NCBI GenBank assembly: GCA_024679065.1 | Contig: JAGIQG010000040.1 | Span: 9,052,001-9,116,000, forward strand | Reading direction: 5' to 3' | Length of the DNA: 64,000 nt | DNA from: Sphyrna mokarran | Taxonomy: Eukaryota | In this document: positions 37,191-53,456 of the stretch, piece after piece | Position numbering within the stretch: position 1 is the stretch's first letter | Layout: every line of letters begins with the position of its first letter | Position numbers and translations under genes: made by a program | The notes under the pieces: model-generated | Database searches by the model: none | Told to the model about the DNA's origin: nothing | What the model saw: only the letters and a program-made list of their open reading frames with translations

Positions 37191-39284
37191 CAGCAACATT
37201 TTTTGGCCTTGTGAACACACTCCTAGACAAATGAATGAAAATTATTGAGAAATGATACAAGAATTAACAAGTATTTGTTTAGCCGATTTTTCAGGCAGTA
37301 ATCATTAATAAAGCAAATGAAAATGTTACACTCCAGTCAACCCTGTCACTCATTCGGTTCATATATTAAAGAACGAGGCCATTCGGCCTAACGAGTGCAT
37401 GTTTGCTATTTCAATCAGCTAAAAAAAAGCCCGACTCATTTGCCGTTCACACATGTTCCTCTGCATGTTATATTTTTGATTTTATAATGATTCTCTTTTG
37501 AAAGTCACCTCAGAAAATGTTTACTCTGGTCTTTGAGACAATGAATCCTAGAGCCTAACAGTTGGCGATGTAAACACAATTTGCTCATGTTCAATTTCAG
37601 GAACCGTTTTTGTTACCTCTCTTACAGTGCACCTTACTAAGCCGCTATGAAATTTTGATATGTATACAGTAACATACAGGCTACTGAGAAATAACAGTTT
37701 GTCACTTGGCCTCTTTCTCCCTGCTCTGCCAGTAAACAAGATTATGGTTGATCTTATTATTAGCTTCTGCCAACCCTGAGCACATTTCACCCTTTTTGTT
37801 TACTAAGAATCGAGCTCCTTCTGCCTTTAAAAATATTGAAAGTCTGCTTCCACTGCCTTCTGAGGGAGGGATTTTCAGGAACACATGACCCCCTGAGATG
37901 AAAACCTTCCCACTCTTCTTTCTCCTAAATGTGCGACACCCCTTTTCTTTAAAGACTGTCCTTGGGGTTTCACTGGAGCATTAGAGCAGATTAAGGAGGG
38001 ACTCGTGGGCAGGGAGAGCGAGATGAAAATAGGCTGTGAGTTGGAATTCTAAAAATGAGCCCCACATTTATTTTCAGGGAAGAAACCAGCATAGGCCAAA
38101 CTGCAGCATGTCAGACAAAAACAGGAAGCGTTGCCTGCATTAAACCAGCCAGTAACTGTGCAAGTGAGAAACCGAGTTCAGGTTTCAGATTGATGTCTTT
38201 GCATGAGGGCTGGAAGATGTAAGAGATGAACAGTTTTTTTTTTCACTTTTCTACACCATGTGGTAGCTGCAGCCTCTCACCTCATGTCTAACTGAATGTT
38301 TCAGAAGATAGGTAAATGTTTGGCCACATTTTTTTAGGTCATGTCTTCCCCACAGTCCAGATTGTAGGCAGATTTCCTTTCTGAAAGAACATAAAAACTG
38401 GAAGCAGGAATAAGCCATGGGGCTTTCCGAAAAGGGCTGGGAGACAGAGCGCTGTTCCTAATTGTTAAATAAAATTCACAGAGGCCTTTACAATTCAGTT
38501 TTCAGAAATTCAGATTTTCATTCCATCCTCTCCACAGCTTTTCCCCAATTCTGTCTATTTCTCTCTGCTTTCTCTCCATTTCCTTCCTCTATCCGACTCT
38601 CTTTTTCATTCTGTCTCTCCCTCTTTTGTCCCAGGAATTAATATTTAGTTGGACAATTTCTCAGTAAAATCTGGAAAGCAGCAATCCTGGGATTTTATGC
38701 TGTGTAATTTTCATTCTGGGTGTCTGGTAAGTGGGGTCTGATTTCACTGTCTCAGTCTCTCTGTGCCTCTCTCTCTTTCTGTATAAACATTTCCCAAAGT
38801 GAAAAAACAAACACTCAATACAGCCGACTGCACCTTGTGGGATCTTGCTGTGCAGCACAGGGATTTTCTTTTAAAAACGGGGGTTTTCTCAGCGGGATTT
38901 TAAAAACTTTCAGGGGACTATGGGGAAGTCTCCAGTCTTGGGACATAGGGTGGGGGTTTGGGGAGGTGCATTTTGGGGAGGATGGGCAGTGAGATTTTCT
39001 GGCATCCTGATATTCCCAACAAGGCCCAGAGATGTGAATGTTTCAACATATTACATTAACACTGCAATGAAATTACTGAGAGAGAGAGACAGAGACAGAG
39101 ACACACAGAGACATAGATAAAGAGACAGAAAGACTTTTAACCTTGCACTGCACCATTGTTTTAATGTAGACCTGGACACTGACCATCATTGAGATTTCTC
39201 TGTACATGTCAACAAATATCCCATTGTTTTCTGAATAAATGTCCCAACATTTGCAAAGTCTTTGTTTCTCATTTGTTTGTAAAA

Positions 39285-39566
39285 TCTCTACCGTACAGGG
39301 GGAGGCCGTTCGGTCCATCAAGTCTGCACTAACCACAATCCCATCCACGCCCTGTCCCCGTATCAAACATATTTACCCTGCAACTCCCCCTGTCACTAAA
39401 GCGTGCCAATTGACCTATCACGCACATCTTTGAACAGTGGGAGGAAACCGGAGCTCCCAGAGGAAACCCACGCAGACATGGGGAGAACGTGCAAACTCCA
39501 CAAAGTCGCATGAGGCCAGAATAGAACCAAATCCCTTTGAGGCAGCAGTGTGAACCAGTGCGCCAC
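39285..39566 (-). mobile_element. V-domain SINE
   Basis: gtgggaggaaaccggagctcccagaggaaacccacgcagacatggggagaacgtgcaaactccaca. Confidence 0.85.
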
Positions 39567-39604
39567 AGCGATGCCAGTATCTGGTGGTTGTTCACAGTTG
39601 GCGA

Positions 39605-40185
39605 TGGGACAATGTTAAATGGACAGTTTAGCCGGATTGGATAACCATTTGGACTTACAAAAAAGTGTTGTCAGGGCTGGGGAATTATGGTGATGAGGAG
39701 AGATTGGATAGGCAAGGTCTGTTTTCCTCAGAGCAGAGGAGGCTGAGGGGGAGTGAAATAAGATGTCCAAAATTATGAAGGATCCAACACAGAGTGGATA
39801 GCAAAGGCCTGTTTCCCCTGAGCAGAGGGAGAGGTCACTTATCATGAGTGGGTGAGGATGGGGGGGGGGAGGTTAGTGGGGGCTACACAGGTATAAAGTG
39901 AGTGGTGGAATGATTAGAGAGGGCATGAGAAAGAAGGTTCTTATTCAAGGGATGGTGGGTATCTGGAATTCACCGCCTAAACTGATGGTTCAGACAGAAA
40001 TGTCTCGGCTCACTCGCCTCACACAGATCTATAGTTGAAATGCTGGAAGCTGTAGAAAGGGGGGCTAGGGGCTGGATCACTGGAAAGTGGGATTAGAATG
40101 AAGTCTTTATTTCCCAAGCTGGTGAAGATGTGATGGGCTGAATGGCCTCTTTCTGTGCCACAACATTTTCTTTGCTTTCTGTTAG
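39605..40185 (+). mobile_element. Old CR1 3' fragment
   Basis: cagagcagaggaggctgagggg..gatgggctgaatggcctctttctgtgc. Confidence 0.65.
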
Positions 40186-40484
40186 GCCTATTGATGGGCG
40201 GAACGGAGAAGTGAGTTAGTTTTTAATTAATAATAAAAGCAGAAATAAGGGAAAATATTGAGGCGAAGCTGTTTTTTTCTGATTTCCACCCCTCCCCTCA
40301 TCAAAGTGAGTTAGAAATCATTTTACCCCTCCTCCCCACCCCTCCTCCCCACCTCTCCTGTGCTCCCTCCAAATACATTTGCCTGAATGGCAGCACATTA
40401 GCACCGTGGTTAGCACTGCAGGCTTCTAGTGCCAAGGACCCGTGTTCAATTCCAGCCTCGGATGGGTTTTCATGTTCCTCCCAT

Positions 40485-41020
40485 AAAGAGTCATAGAGGT
40501 TTACAGCATCCAAACAGGCCCTTCAGCCCAACTGCTTCATGCTGCCCTTTTTTAAAAACCCCTAAGCTAATCCCAAATGCGTGTATTTGGCCCATATTTT
40601 TCTATACCCATCACATCCATGTAACTGTCCAAATTAATTTTAAAAGACAAAATTGTACCCATCTCTACAACTATATCTGGCAGTTTGTTCCAGACACTTG
40701 TCATCCTTTGTGTGGAAAAAAAAATGCTACTCTGGATACTTTTGTATCTTTCCCCTCCCATCTTAAATCTAGGCCCTCTAGTTTTAGACTCCCCTAACTT
40801 TGGGAAAAGATATTGACTATCTAGTTGATCTGTGCCCCTCATTATTTTATAGACCTCTATAAGATCACCCCTCAGCCTTCTACGTTCCAGTGAGGAAAGT
40901 CCCAGTCTATCCAGGCTCTCCTTATAACTCAATCCATCAAGTCCCAATAGCATCCTAGTAAATCTTTTCTGCATTCTTTCTAAACTAATAATATCCTTTC
41001 TATAATAGAGTGACCAGAAT
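40485..41020 (-). mobile_element. CR1 3' fragment nested in a SINE (SINE halves ~40388-40480 and ~41030-41140)
   Basis: [38 protein letters not shown]. Confidence 0.85.
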
Positions 41021-41234
41021 ATTTGTGGGGTCTGAAAGATGGGCAGGTTAGATGGATTGACCATGTTAAATTCTCCCTTAATGTCCAAAGATGTGAATTT
41101 TAGGGGGATTAGAGGGTAACATGGGGTTACGGGAATAAAATAAAATGCTTTGTTGACATAGACTTGATGCACTATTGGGATTTTGATCGGAGAAGATATC
41201 GCAATAGTTTGATATCTGGGGCAGAGTGTTGCAA

Positions 41235-41531
41235 GACAGTGGCACAATGGTTAGCATTGCTGCTTCACAGCGCTAGGGTCTCAAATTCGATTCCCGTCTT
41301 GGGTCACTATCTGTGTGGAGTTTGCACATTCTCCCCATGTTTGCATAAATTTCCTCCAGATGCTCTGGTTTCCTCCAGCAGTTCCAAAGATGTGCTAGTT
41401 AGATGCATTGGCCATGCTAAATTCTCCGTCAGTGTACCCGAACAGGAATGTGGTGACTAGGGAATTTTCACAGGAATTGTATTGCAGTGTTAATGTAAGC
41501 CTACTTATTAGTGACACTAATAAATAAATAA
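41235..41531 (+). mobile_element. tRNA-derived V-domain SINE with (TAAA)n tail
   Basis: gtggcacaatggttagc (A box), ttcgattccc (B box), gtggagtttgcacattctcccc, tail taataaataaataaa. Confidence 0.85.
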
Positions 41532-41899
41532 ACTGAAGTCAAGGTACTGCTGTGACAACGCACCCTCTTGTTTAAACGCTCTGCAATGCTGAGACTGGGG
41601 AGAGGAGTGAACAACAGGGAGCAGCATTGCAGCTTCTCTCCCCCCATTGAAACTGGGATTGTTGCTCCATCTGCTGCACCATCCCCACCACATCCACTGG
41701 GGGGCATTCTGGACAATAGGCTGCAGTCAGGACCTCACTACGCCTGCGTCACAATCACCCACGGCGGGCGCAATCTTGCATTGCCAGGGGAAACGGCGTC
41801 CCATGCGCTGCACTCTAGGGGATTTCCACTGCCGCACATAAGCCTAGACAGTTACTTTTTAATCTTGTAATATTTTGAATCGTGATGATTGTTATTCAC

Positions 41900-42300
41900 A
41901 TCCTCACCCGTCAGACTTCCGTTTCCGTCTCTATTCGGGAAAATGTTTTTTTTTATTGCGCCTTTTTTTCAAAATAGTACAGCATACGCGCGGTTCCGCC
42001 ACCTGCCTTTTTATAAAAATATGTATTTTATTTAATTTTAATTCCAGGTGGGAATTTCTCTCACTTTCTACATTTCTGCTGTTGACGTCATGGCAATATG
42101 GCGGCTGTCCTCGCCTCTCTACAGGCCCCGGATGTTCTGCCAACGAGCAACGGTTGGCCGGCGGGGGTAGGAGGTGCCACTGGGCGAAGAAGTGCCCGGA
42201 TGTGTTACAGCGGTCCCTGGTGGTCCGGAGGGGAAATAGCAGCACTGTCTCTGCCCAAAGGCTTCCCTCGTTCCGCTGCTCAGAGACAGCGGGAATCTTT
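41900..42300 (+). promoter_or_regulatory. CpG-rich promoter-like region upstream of ZNF exons
   Basis: ACTTCCGTTTCCG 41915-41927, CRE TGACGTCA 42083-42090, YY1-like AATATGGCGGC 42095-42105, CCGGATGT at 42128 and 42196. Confidence 0.6.
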
Positions 42301-42999
42301 TCAATTGGAAGCTTCAGCTTCTCACATTCACCCCCTGTGTTCAATCATTGTTTAATAAACAATCTCTGTAGTGAAATCATAAACAACTTGTTCACATTAA
42401 AGGTGATGGGAATCTGGACCATTCTGCACAAAAGGCTCTGCTTGCCTTGAAATTTCAATGGAAATGGTCAGGATAAGAATTTACAGATGCAAGTCATGTT
42501 GCATATGGAACACTCATGATGCCACAATAAGATCAGTGCAGACATCTCACAGGGTTGTGTGACTGCAGGAGACATCAGAGATGGAGTAGTTAAATGTAGA
42601 TCTACATGGTCTGAAGCTCCGTTTTGGGTAGAATTGAGCAATAATTTTATTTTGCTTCAGATAGTTGTTGGGGACGAGAATAGAGTGGCTAGGGAGTGAA
42701 GTTTGTATCGGGGCAATCTTTCTGTCTTACATACGTAGGCACCTCTCTATCACTCTCCATCTCTCTTCACCCATTGTGTCCAGAGTCTCGTGAAGGCGCA
42801 AACCGGATGGCAGGCTCCCTGACCTGAAGGACATTGCTGAACCTGTCGGGTTATGATTATAATCCAACAGTTTTCATGATCACTTTTTCTTAGTGACATT
42901 TCCACAAATTACCAAATTTATTCAGCTCAGTTTCACAACCTGTGTTTTTATGGGTTCTCTTTCACTTGTTTTTTAATCTGTTTTAAATCAATTTCATAG

Positions 43000-45130
<2,131 letters not shown>

Positions 45131-45348
45131 GGACTGAAATATAGAGACATTGGAAACCCGTGGATTCTCAAGATTGCAATACCGATTTTGTTTTCACGTT
45201 GATTCAGTTTTCCTTATAAATTTCTTTATTCACACATTGGTGTACGTGCACATAAACAAGAACATATTTGAAGGATGGCCTTGTGTGGCATTGAAAAGTA
45301 GAAGAATTGTTGGAGTTTAAAGAAATTTTTGTTTTCTATCTCATATTT

Positions 45349-46259
45349 TCAAATCTTAAACACATTAACAAATAATCTCAGTAGATAATTCACTCCATTC
45401 TTTAATTCGGCCCTGAAATTGCTCTGAGTCCCTGCATAAATAAACGGGTTGATGCAAGAACTCAGAAACTGAAGCACATACCCGCTTTCCTCCAAAATAA
45501 ATGACCATTCACTAGTATTAGGATCTGAGAAATAAGGAACCTTTGCAATTTGGACATAGAGAATCGTCACAAAAAATAACGCATATGAGAGAATGAAAAT
45601 GCCCGATATTGCAAAGAGCAAAATAATGGACTTTCTCCGTTTCTCCATCTCTGGGTCTCTCTGCTTTTCCCCATTACTCTGTGCCCGAAGCCTCGTGCGG
45701 GTCCGATTGGCTGCCAGAATGTGTCTGACAGTCAGAGCATTGAACAATAAAATCAGAATGAATGGGATACAGGGCATTGAAATTGTTCGAAACAAATCAT
45801 AGGCGTTCCATGCGAGGGATGTATAAAAGAATTGTTTTATAACACAGAACCAAGGTATGTTGTCAACTACATACAACGGTTCAAAGATAAAATACAGGAA
45901 GGATGATTTCAGAGAGCTCAGTGTGCCCACGGTCCCTATGACCCACGCCGCTGTCTTCTCTGTGCAGTATTTGATTTTCAGTTTCTGGCAGCAAATGGCC
46001 ACGAATCGATCAAAGGTGAAAGCAACTGTTAACCAGGCAGAACTATCAATGCTTGCATAGGTTATCACAACATGAAGACTGCAGATTGGGGTGACTGACA
46101 GAAAACTACCAGGGAAATAAATCCCAGCAATCCGGTTTAATATCACGCTGGTAATAATGACCAAGAGATCTGTCACCGCCATGGACACCACATAGTAAAT
46201 TATACATCTGGAGAGACCACAGCTCCTTCGGCATAGGATTATAGCGACTGCCAAGTTAG
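45349..46259 (-). CDS. GPR139-like class A GPCR, exon 2 (intact)
   Basis: Acceptor ttttacag| at 46260-46261; ANLAVAIIL..TDLLV..FTFDRFVAICC..CINPFIY; 911 nt to stop. Confidence 0.9.
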
Positions 46260-48077
46260 CTGTAAAACAGAGAAGTCAAGAGAACATATGCATGGCAACA
46301 TTAGAGATAAGATGTTACTTTCTCACCTCACATCAAAATGATACAAGATCGCGCATGAAATTAAAAATCTTTCACTTGCTTCTGCATTGCAGACTATCCC
46401 TTCTCCCGGTTTTCATTCACACGATCACAAGAATTATAAATAAAATGGGTCTTTGACATGGAATTGCATCATGATGCAATACAATATAATGAAAGGTAAG
46501 AACATATTGAAAAACCATAAATGCAACTTCAAGAATAGTCAGCAACTTCCAACAGAATACGTTGAATATTAAATTATAAAAAACATTCATTGCAATATTC
46601 AACTGGAAAGCTTCCATTTCGCTCAGTTTCGACATTTGCTCCATCTGGCGAATTATTCCTAAAATATTCACTTTTGGAAATGTCTGCATTAAACCAACCT
46701 ATAAATCTTCAATCAAAGAAAGGGGAACATATCAGCGTTTCTCTGAATTTACAGAGGAAGTATTGAAAGGGGCTCCAACCCTGAAAAATAAGTGTAATTG
46801 CTGGTGTATAATGAATCTCTGAAACTGACAGATGCAAAGGGCGCACTTGGAGAGAGTATTGCTCTAATTGTAGGGGTTAAAATAAACAAATCTGAGGGAA
46901 GTGGATATTTGAAGATTAAGAACTCGCAAGCAGTATTGGGTCCTTGAACCTCTCTTCTGAAATTCCTGAAACAGTCGTGCAGGCATTTCCAGAATCACTT
47001 ATATTCCATCCAAAATCTGCTGACAGTTACTCTGCCTCCGTCAACATAGTCAAAATAATCAGAAAAGAATGCAGACAAATGATGACTTGTGCAAAGAGTG
47101 TCGAGGGTCGAGACTGGAGACAAAACGGTGTGCTTTGTTTGTTATTGGTGTGTGCCAATCATTCATCAGACAGCCATTATTGCAATCCTCCTATATTGTC
47201 AAAAAGTCGTTGATACCTAAGGTCTGTCAATAAAATCTTTCATGATATTCAGATAGAAATTCTTCGTACGATTCAATCAATTTATCTTAATGTCAACAAC
47301 ATGACAGAAATCTAGAATTATACCGTGATAACAACACAGGAACAGGGAGAAAATAATGCCATTTACACGTACAGGGAGGTGACAAAGCGATAATTCTAGA
47401 ATATCAATAATAAGAATAATAATAAAAAGTTACACGTTTGCAATGGAATAGTTATAATTCCCAATAGCAGCGCCAATAATTCTGCAGAAATGGGGTTATG
47501 CCGTGGTATCCAAGAGAAAATTCGTAATAGTTAGTATGTCAACGTCGTAATGGAACTACATGTATAGCATAATAACTTTCAAAGAATCCATCTATAATAG
47601 CATTGCTAAGAAAATATAACTGCATTTCTAAATTGAATTTGCAGTGATAAATGGCAAGGCTGATGGGGGCGGGGGGAAGGGGGTGGAATCCAAAGTAAGG
47701 CACAGGTCACAGATAGGCAGAACGTAGTTGAATGGGAGACATTATCATGTCAATACCTTTTTCTGTTACTTGAGTTAAAATACACTGCCTAAAACGACAA
47801 TGTTCACTATTCATTCAGCAAATTGTGCCGACAGATTCAAAACATTATATCATTCAAATGAAGAATAAAACTCTTAAAATTTATAAAATTATCGTGTGAA
47901 AAAGGACAAAATGATCAGTTGACTGGAAGAATCTGCATATTTTAGGGGAAAATTCATCACTCTAAATGATAAAAGTGAATGCCGTGTGTTAGGGATGCGC
48001 TAGTGATAAAACTGAAAAAAGAAATGTTGCAGCTGAACAAAGACGATACATGAAAGTAACTAACTACAAAACTGTAC

Positions 48078-48147
48078 CTGGAACTCCAATAGTTGCAATG
48101 AGTGGATAGTAAATGGCGAACACCAACCCTTTCGGAGGTACATGCAT
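48078..48147 (-). CDS. GPR139-like GPCR, exon 1 (MHVPPKGLVFAIYYPLIATIGVP)
   Basis: 70 nt, phase-1 donor G|gtacag; joins exon 2 to give GVPANL in TM1 and a 326-aa ORF; homologous to 62972-63041. Confidence 0.88.
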
Positions 48148-50441
48148 TTTTATCGGAGACTTTGAGCACGCACAGTCTGACAATAAATGTTGTAACATTT
48201 ATACATAATGTGAGGCTCCAGGGAAATAATTAGTTTTTTATATTATTAATTTTATTGTGAAAAACAAATTAGTGCAGCTGCTACCCAGCTGTCTTTTATG
48301 TGTGATCGAATATAATGTTTTTTTCAATGAGTTCTCAAATCTCCTTGATCGAAATACCCAGAGACTAAGGCATAATCTAGTTTGCCTGGACATTCGTTTC
48401 ATTACAGAACATAGCTACAGAACATTAAGAAATGCAAATAGTCCGTGGAAAACTGAACAGAAATGTTCAAAATCACGACCAAATGATAGGATGAAATTTA
48501 GTTCTAAAGATCTCTCATTGAGTCAACTCACTTCCAGCCATCTATTAGTGCCCATGGGAAGGACGCTTAACTAGGCTACGTTAAGAGTTGCCTTTCTTCA
48601 CGACTATGTCAATTTTTTGCCAGGACATTTCAATTACATCAAATTGGCCAAGCTTAGTTTCCAGTCCATCCCAGTTACTTTCAGGCCGAACGTCCCCAGC
48701 TCTGCACTGGTACATTGGGTATTGGGGTACTCTGCTCAATATCTGTACTGGAGTATAAACAGTTCCAGTCCAACCTGGTTACAGTCGGCCCAAACTGGCT
48801 TGTGTCTATTCAATGTCGATCAGATTCATCCCAGGAAATTCTCACGTGTTCGAGAGATCTACTTCACAAGGCTCCACTGAGTATTGTCAGGTCAAATTCG
48901 CTGTGGTTATATTCACTACTGACATCATAAATCACTTAATTCTGGCAAACGCATCTATATTTTCAGTTGACAATATCTATTTGAAAGTGATTATTTTTTT
49001 GCTGGAGGAAAGTCCAACAAAGGTACTGCCATAATGGACGTGGCAACTTCGTTGAACTAATGGAACCAACGTTTGGAGTCTGAGCTAAGATCCGAGGAAG
49101 GGTCTCCCTGATCGATGAATATTCATTTCAACTAAAACGAGATATATTAGATCATGCTGTTGTAAATTTCCAACCTATTAGTAATATGGGATTCACAGTA
49201 ACTGATAGAAATTGATGTAGTTGTGGATATAGAACTGGAACGCACCATCACATGGTGTGAATCCACTGTCTATTTAAATGGTGATCAGTGAAAATTTCAA
49301 TCATCCTCCACTGTATAACACACGGCCACTGAGTGAAGAAGCAATGGCCAGTCAAAAAAGCCTGTATCAGTCAATTTTTCTCACAACTTTCAGACATGTT
49401 GCCATTCACTGTTTTTTTTATTGACGCATTGACGGGGGCGGCAGGGGAGGGGGGGAGTTCGCTTTTGACGCCGAGCACATATTCGCATCTCGTTCAGTCT
49501 ACAACAGAATTTAGTGGGTTTATAGGTGCAGATTAATATGGTTAATCACCATCTGAAATATCTGATAGTAGCCTGTTCTCAAAAAGACAGATACAGGTGA
49601 TACTGTAAGTGAAAAAGAGGAAATGGCGTTGATTTCACAGCAGAATATTTTTTTAAATCGTTTTTCATCACTCGAAACAGAAAAAAAAAGCCACTCAGAC
49701 AGATGAGCGAATCGAGATTCAGTGCGGATCTACTGAACGTTCGTGAAACGGGGCAGAATTTATGCTCCTGAATGTTTCACACCCATAATAAAAAAGGCTC
49801 AAGGGGCACTATCAGATAATTCTGGATTTTCCTCCATTTAAATGGAGTTGACTTTGTTTAAAAGCTGACGATAATCAATCTCAAAACTGTGACCTGTATT
49901 ACCCGATGATCCAATTCGTTCTGTTGGTCAGTTATTTTTTCAATTCATTGATGTTCAATTTCACGGGTATTCAATTCATAATGAAGCCATATATGTTAAA
50001 TAATGCATTAATACTAAATTTTGAAGCAAATTCTGAGTACAATTGTATAATGAGCTTTCATAAAGAGTCATCTGGAATCGAAACGTCCGCCCCTTTCACT
50101 CGTTACAGGTGCTGTTAAACACTGTGAGATTTTGCAGCATTTTCTCTTATCCCATGGGCGCTAATTTGCTTTTATTACTAAATACAGTTGATTGAGATTA
50201 TTCGAAGAAAGATGAAAATGGTGCATTAATAAATGGGCAGAAATCGTTCTTCCTTAGATACTTGCAGCACGAACTTCTTAAGATTTTGATATTTGGGATG
50301 AGTCATACAATAAGATTGAAAGCCACAGTTATTTTCCCAAACTATGTGACACGGGTTCTCAATCTCACCATTCGAACCTGCAGCAACACAGCATAGTTGA
50401 ACACTGCAGACAGGCACTTTTGCTCCACTGCTCTTTACGTT

Positions 50442-50514
50442 GTTTCTGTAGTGTAGCGGTTATCACGTTCGCCTAACACGTGAAAAGTCCCCGGATCGAA
50501 ACTGGGTAAAAGCA
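50442..50514 (+). tRNA. tRNA-Val(AAC), probably pseudogenised
   Basis: GTTTCTGTAGTGTAGCGGTTATCACGTTCGCCTAACACGTGAAAAGTCCCCGGATCGAAACTGGGTAAAAGCA; T54>A in T-loop, C-A mismatch in acceptor stem; TTTT at 50524. Confidence 0.8.
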
Positions 50515-51304
50515 TTCATGTAGTTTTCTTATAGGGGAAATGGCGCACATTTCACAAAATAATCACGCCCAAAATAAACATTTAAAAAAGACTCAAGTGT
50601 GAAGAACAGATAATTCTTGATTCTCCTCCTTTTAAATGTAGTTGACTTTGTGTAAAAGCTGACGATAATCAAATTCAAAATTGCCATCAGTATTAACCGG
50701 TGATTCAATTCATTCTGTTGGTCAGTTATGTTTTCAATTCAGTGATCCTCAATGTCCCTTGCAAGATATTTGCTTCTGTTTAAAAACTGACTGTAGTCAA
50801 TATCAAAAAAGGTATCACGGGGTGTGTATTTCCCAGTGGCTCGCTTTCTTTTATTACTCAGTCATGCTTATAATTCATTGTTGTCTATTTCCGAGATATT
50901 CAGTTCAGAATGAGGACATTGGTGTTAAATAAATGTATTGATTTAAAGGTTGAATCAAAAGGACTAGGAATGTGCAATGTGATTGGATGGGATTTTTATT
51001 CTCCGCCCATTTTCCTATCGGTAGTCACTTTGTATAAAAAGAGGCCATGATGTTCGGTAAGTGATCAGAGAGCGTCCTCCCGTGGACAGTACAGCAGCAT
51101 TGGAACAGACGCCGAGTCAAGACCCGAGGTAACTGCATTCAGATACACATCCAATGGAACCACAACTCTAGACAGGAGGAAACTTCCGCTGAACATCCAC
51201 ACTGTTAGCACTGCTTAGTGTTTTGAAGGATTCAGGCAATTAAGTCTCCTCACTCTTCTGAACTTTCCTGAGTAGAAACCTGACGTCACCAACCTTTTCT
51301 CATA

Positions 51305-52810
51305 TAGAACATAGAACATTACAGCGCAGTACAGGCCCTTCGGCCCTCGATGTTGCGCCGGCCAGTGGACCCTCTAACCTAAACTATTCAAATATCATCC
51401 ATATGCCTATCCACCGAACATTTGAATGCCCCCAAAGTAGGCGAGTCCACAACTGCTGCAGGCAGGGCATTCCACGCCCTCACCACCCTCTGGGTGAAGA
51501 ACCTGCCTCTGACATCCGTCCTATAACTACCACCTCTTAATTTAAAGTTATGTCCCCTCGTGTTGGTCATCACCATCCGAGGAAAACGGCTCTCACTATC
51601 CACCCTATCCAGTCCTTCGATCATCTTATATGCCTCAATTAGGTCACCGCGTAACCTTCTTCTCTCTAATGAAAATAACCTCAGGTCCCTCAGCCTTTCC
51701 TCATAAAGCCTTCCCACCATACCAGGCAACATCCTGGTAAACCTCCTCTGCACCCTTTCCGATGCTTCCACATCTTTCTTATAATGCGGCGACCAGAACT
51801 GTACGCAATACTCCAAGTGCGGCCGCACCAGAGTTTTGTACAGTTGTAACATAACATCACGGCTCCTAAATTCAATCCCTCTACCAATAAAAGCTAACAC
51901 ACCGTACGCCTTCTTAACAACTTTATCAACCTGGGTGCCAACTTTCAAAGAGCTATGTACTTGTACCCCAAGATCCCTCTGATCGACAACACTATTAAGG
52001 GTCCTTCCATTAGCCCTATATTTCATATGCCTGTTATTCCTACCAAAGTGAATCACCTCACACTTATCCGTATTGAATTCCATTTGCCACCTCACGGCCC
52101 AGCTCTGCAACCTATCTATGTACCTCTGCAAACTGTAACATCCATCCTCGCTGTCTACAACTCCCCCCACTTTGGTATCATCAGCAAATTTACTAATCCA
52201 ACCCTCTACACCCTCATCTAGGTCATTTATAAAAATGACAAGCAGCAGTGGCCCTAAAACAGATCCTTGAGGTACACCACTTGTAACTGCACTCCAGGTT
52301 GAATATTTCCCATCAACCACCACCATCTGTCTTCTATCAGCTAGCCAATTCCTAATCCAAACTGCTAAATCACCTTCAATCCCATGCATCTGCACTTTCT
52401 GCAGTAGCCTACCATGGGGAACCTTATCAAACGCTTTGCTAAAATCCATATACACAACATCAACTGCCTTACCCTTATCTACCTCTTTGGTCACCTCCTC
52501 AAAAAACTCAATAAGGTTTGTGAGGCATGACCTACCCTTCACAAAACCGTGCTGACTATCCCTAATCAATTTATTTCTCTCTAGATGCTTATAAATCCTG
52601 TCCCTTATAATTCTTTCCAAGACTTTGCCCACAACAGAAGTCAGGCTCATAGGTCTATAATTTCCAGGATGGTCCCTACTCCCCTTTTTGAACAAAGGGA
52701 CAACATTTGCCATCCTCCAGTCTTCCGGCACTATACCTGTAGCCAACGACGACATGAAGATCAAAGCCAAAGGCTCTGCAATCTCCTCTCTAGCCTCCCA
52801 GAGAATCCTA
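51305..52810 (-). mobile_element. Young 5'-truncated CR1 with uninterrupted 460-aa RT/C-terminal ORF (51388-52770)
   Basis: DWRMANVVPLFKKG, QHGF, DFSKAFD, GVPQGSVLGP, FADD; no endonuclease domain; (tagaaca)n tail. Confidence 0.96.
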
Positions 52811-53456
52811 CTCGCTCATAGCTGGCAATAGTTTAGTGAACCCTCTCTGAACTTTTTTTCAAACGCATTAACTTTTTTTTAAGGTAAGTGAACAAATAGT
52901 GTGACAATATTCCAGATATGCTCAATGCCCTCGCCAATGCCCAAATTTCCAATCTATCGTTGCATCTTCAACACGATTAGTACTTGTATCTTCACTCTCT
53001 TCCTCACGGCAGAAACCATCCCACTGATATTTTTTGACAACTTCAGCCGGAATGTATTTAGTCAGGTCAAATCGAGTTTAATTAACTTGTGTGACAGAAA
53101 TTGTTTGTGAAGATATTTCTTTTAATGGGCGTCCAAAAGTCGTGTGATACGGTGCTGCACCACAGTCGTGTGCGTAACTGGGGAGATCAGAGAATAAAAT
53201 GGACAGGAACAACATGGATAGGGAATTGTCTGAGTTCCAGGAAACAATTCGTATCTATTTTTCGACTGGAACAAAGCTTGCAGTCATGTTGCCAGGAATA
53301 TGTTATATGAACCTTGATCTTCATGACATAGAAATGACCGAGAACTTCATATGGAGGCCAGACTTTCAAAATCCATGAATGATACAAAACTTGGAAACAT
53401 GACACCCATCAATACATCATGCAGAACTTCAGAACGCAAAAAAAAAGAACTAATTG

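Noticed and set aside
41501-42450. Overlapping ORFs in the GC-rich region
   Set aside because: No recognisable domains; expected in stop-poor promoter DNA.
51388-52770. Host gene or autonomous LINE
   Set aside because: 5'-truncated CR1 lacking ORF1 and endonuclease; absent from the paralogous arm.
51299-52820. CTCATA as TSD of the CR1 at 51305-52810
   Set aside because: The empty paralogous site already has both ctcata and a tcata copy, so it is not a duplication.
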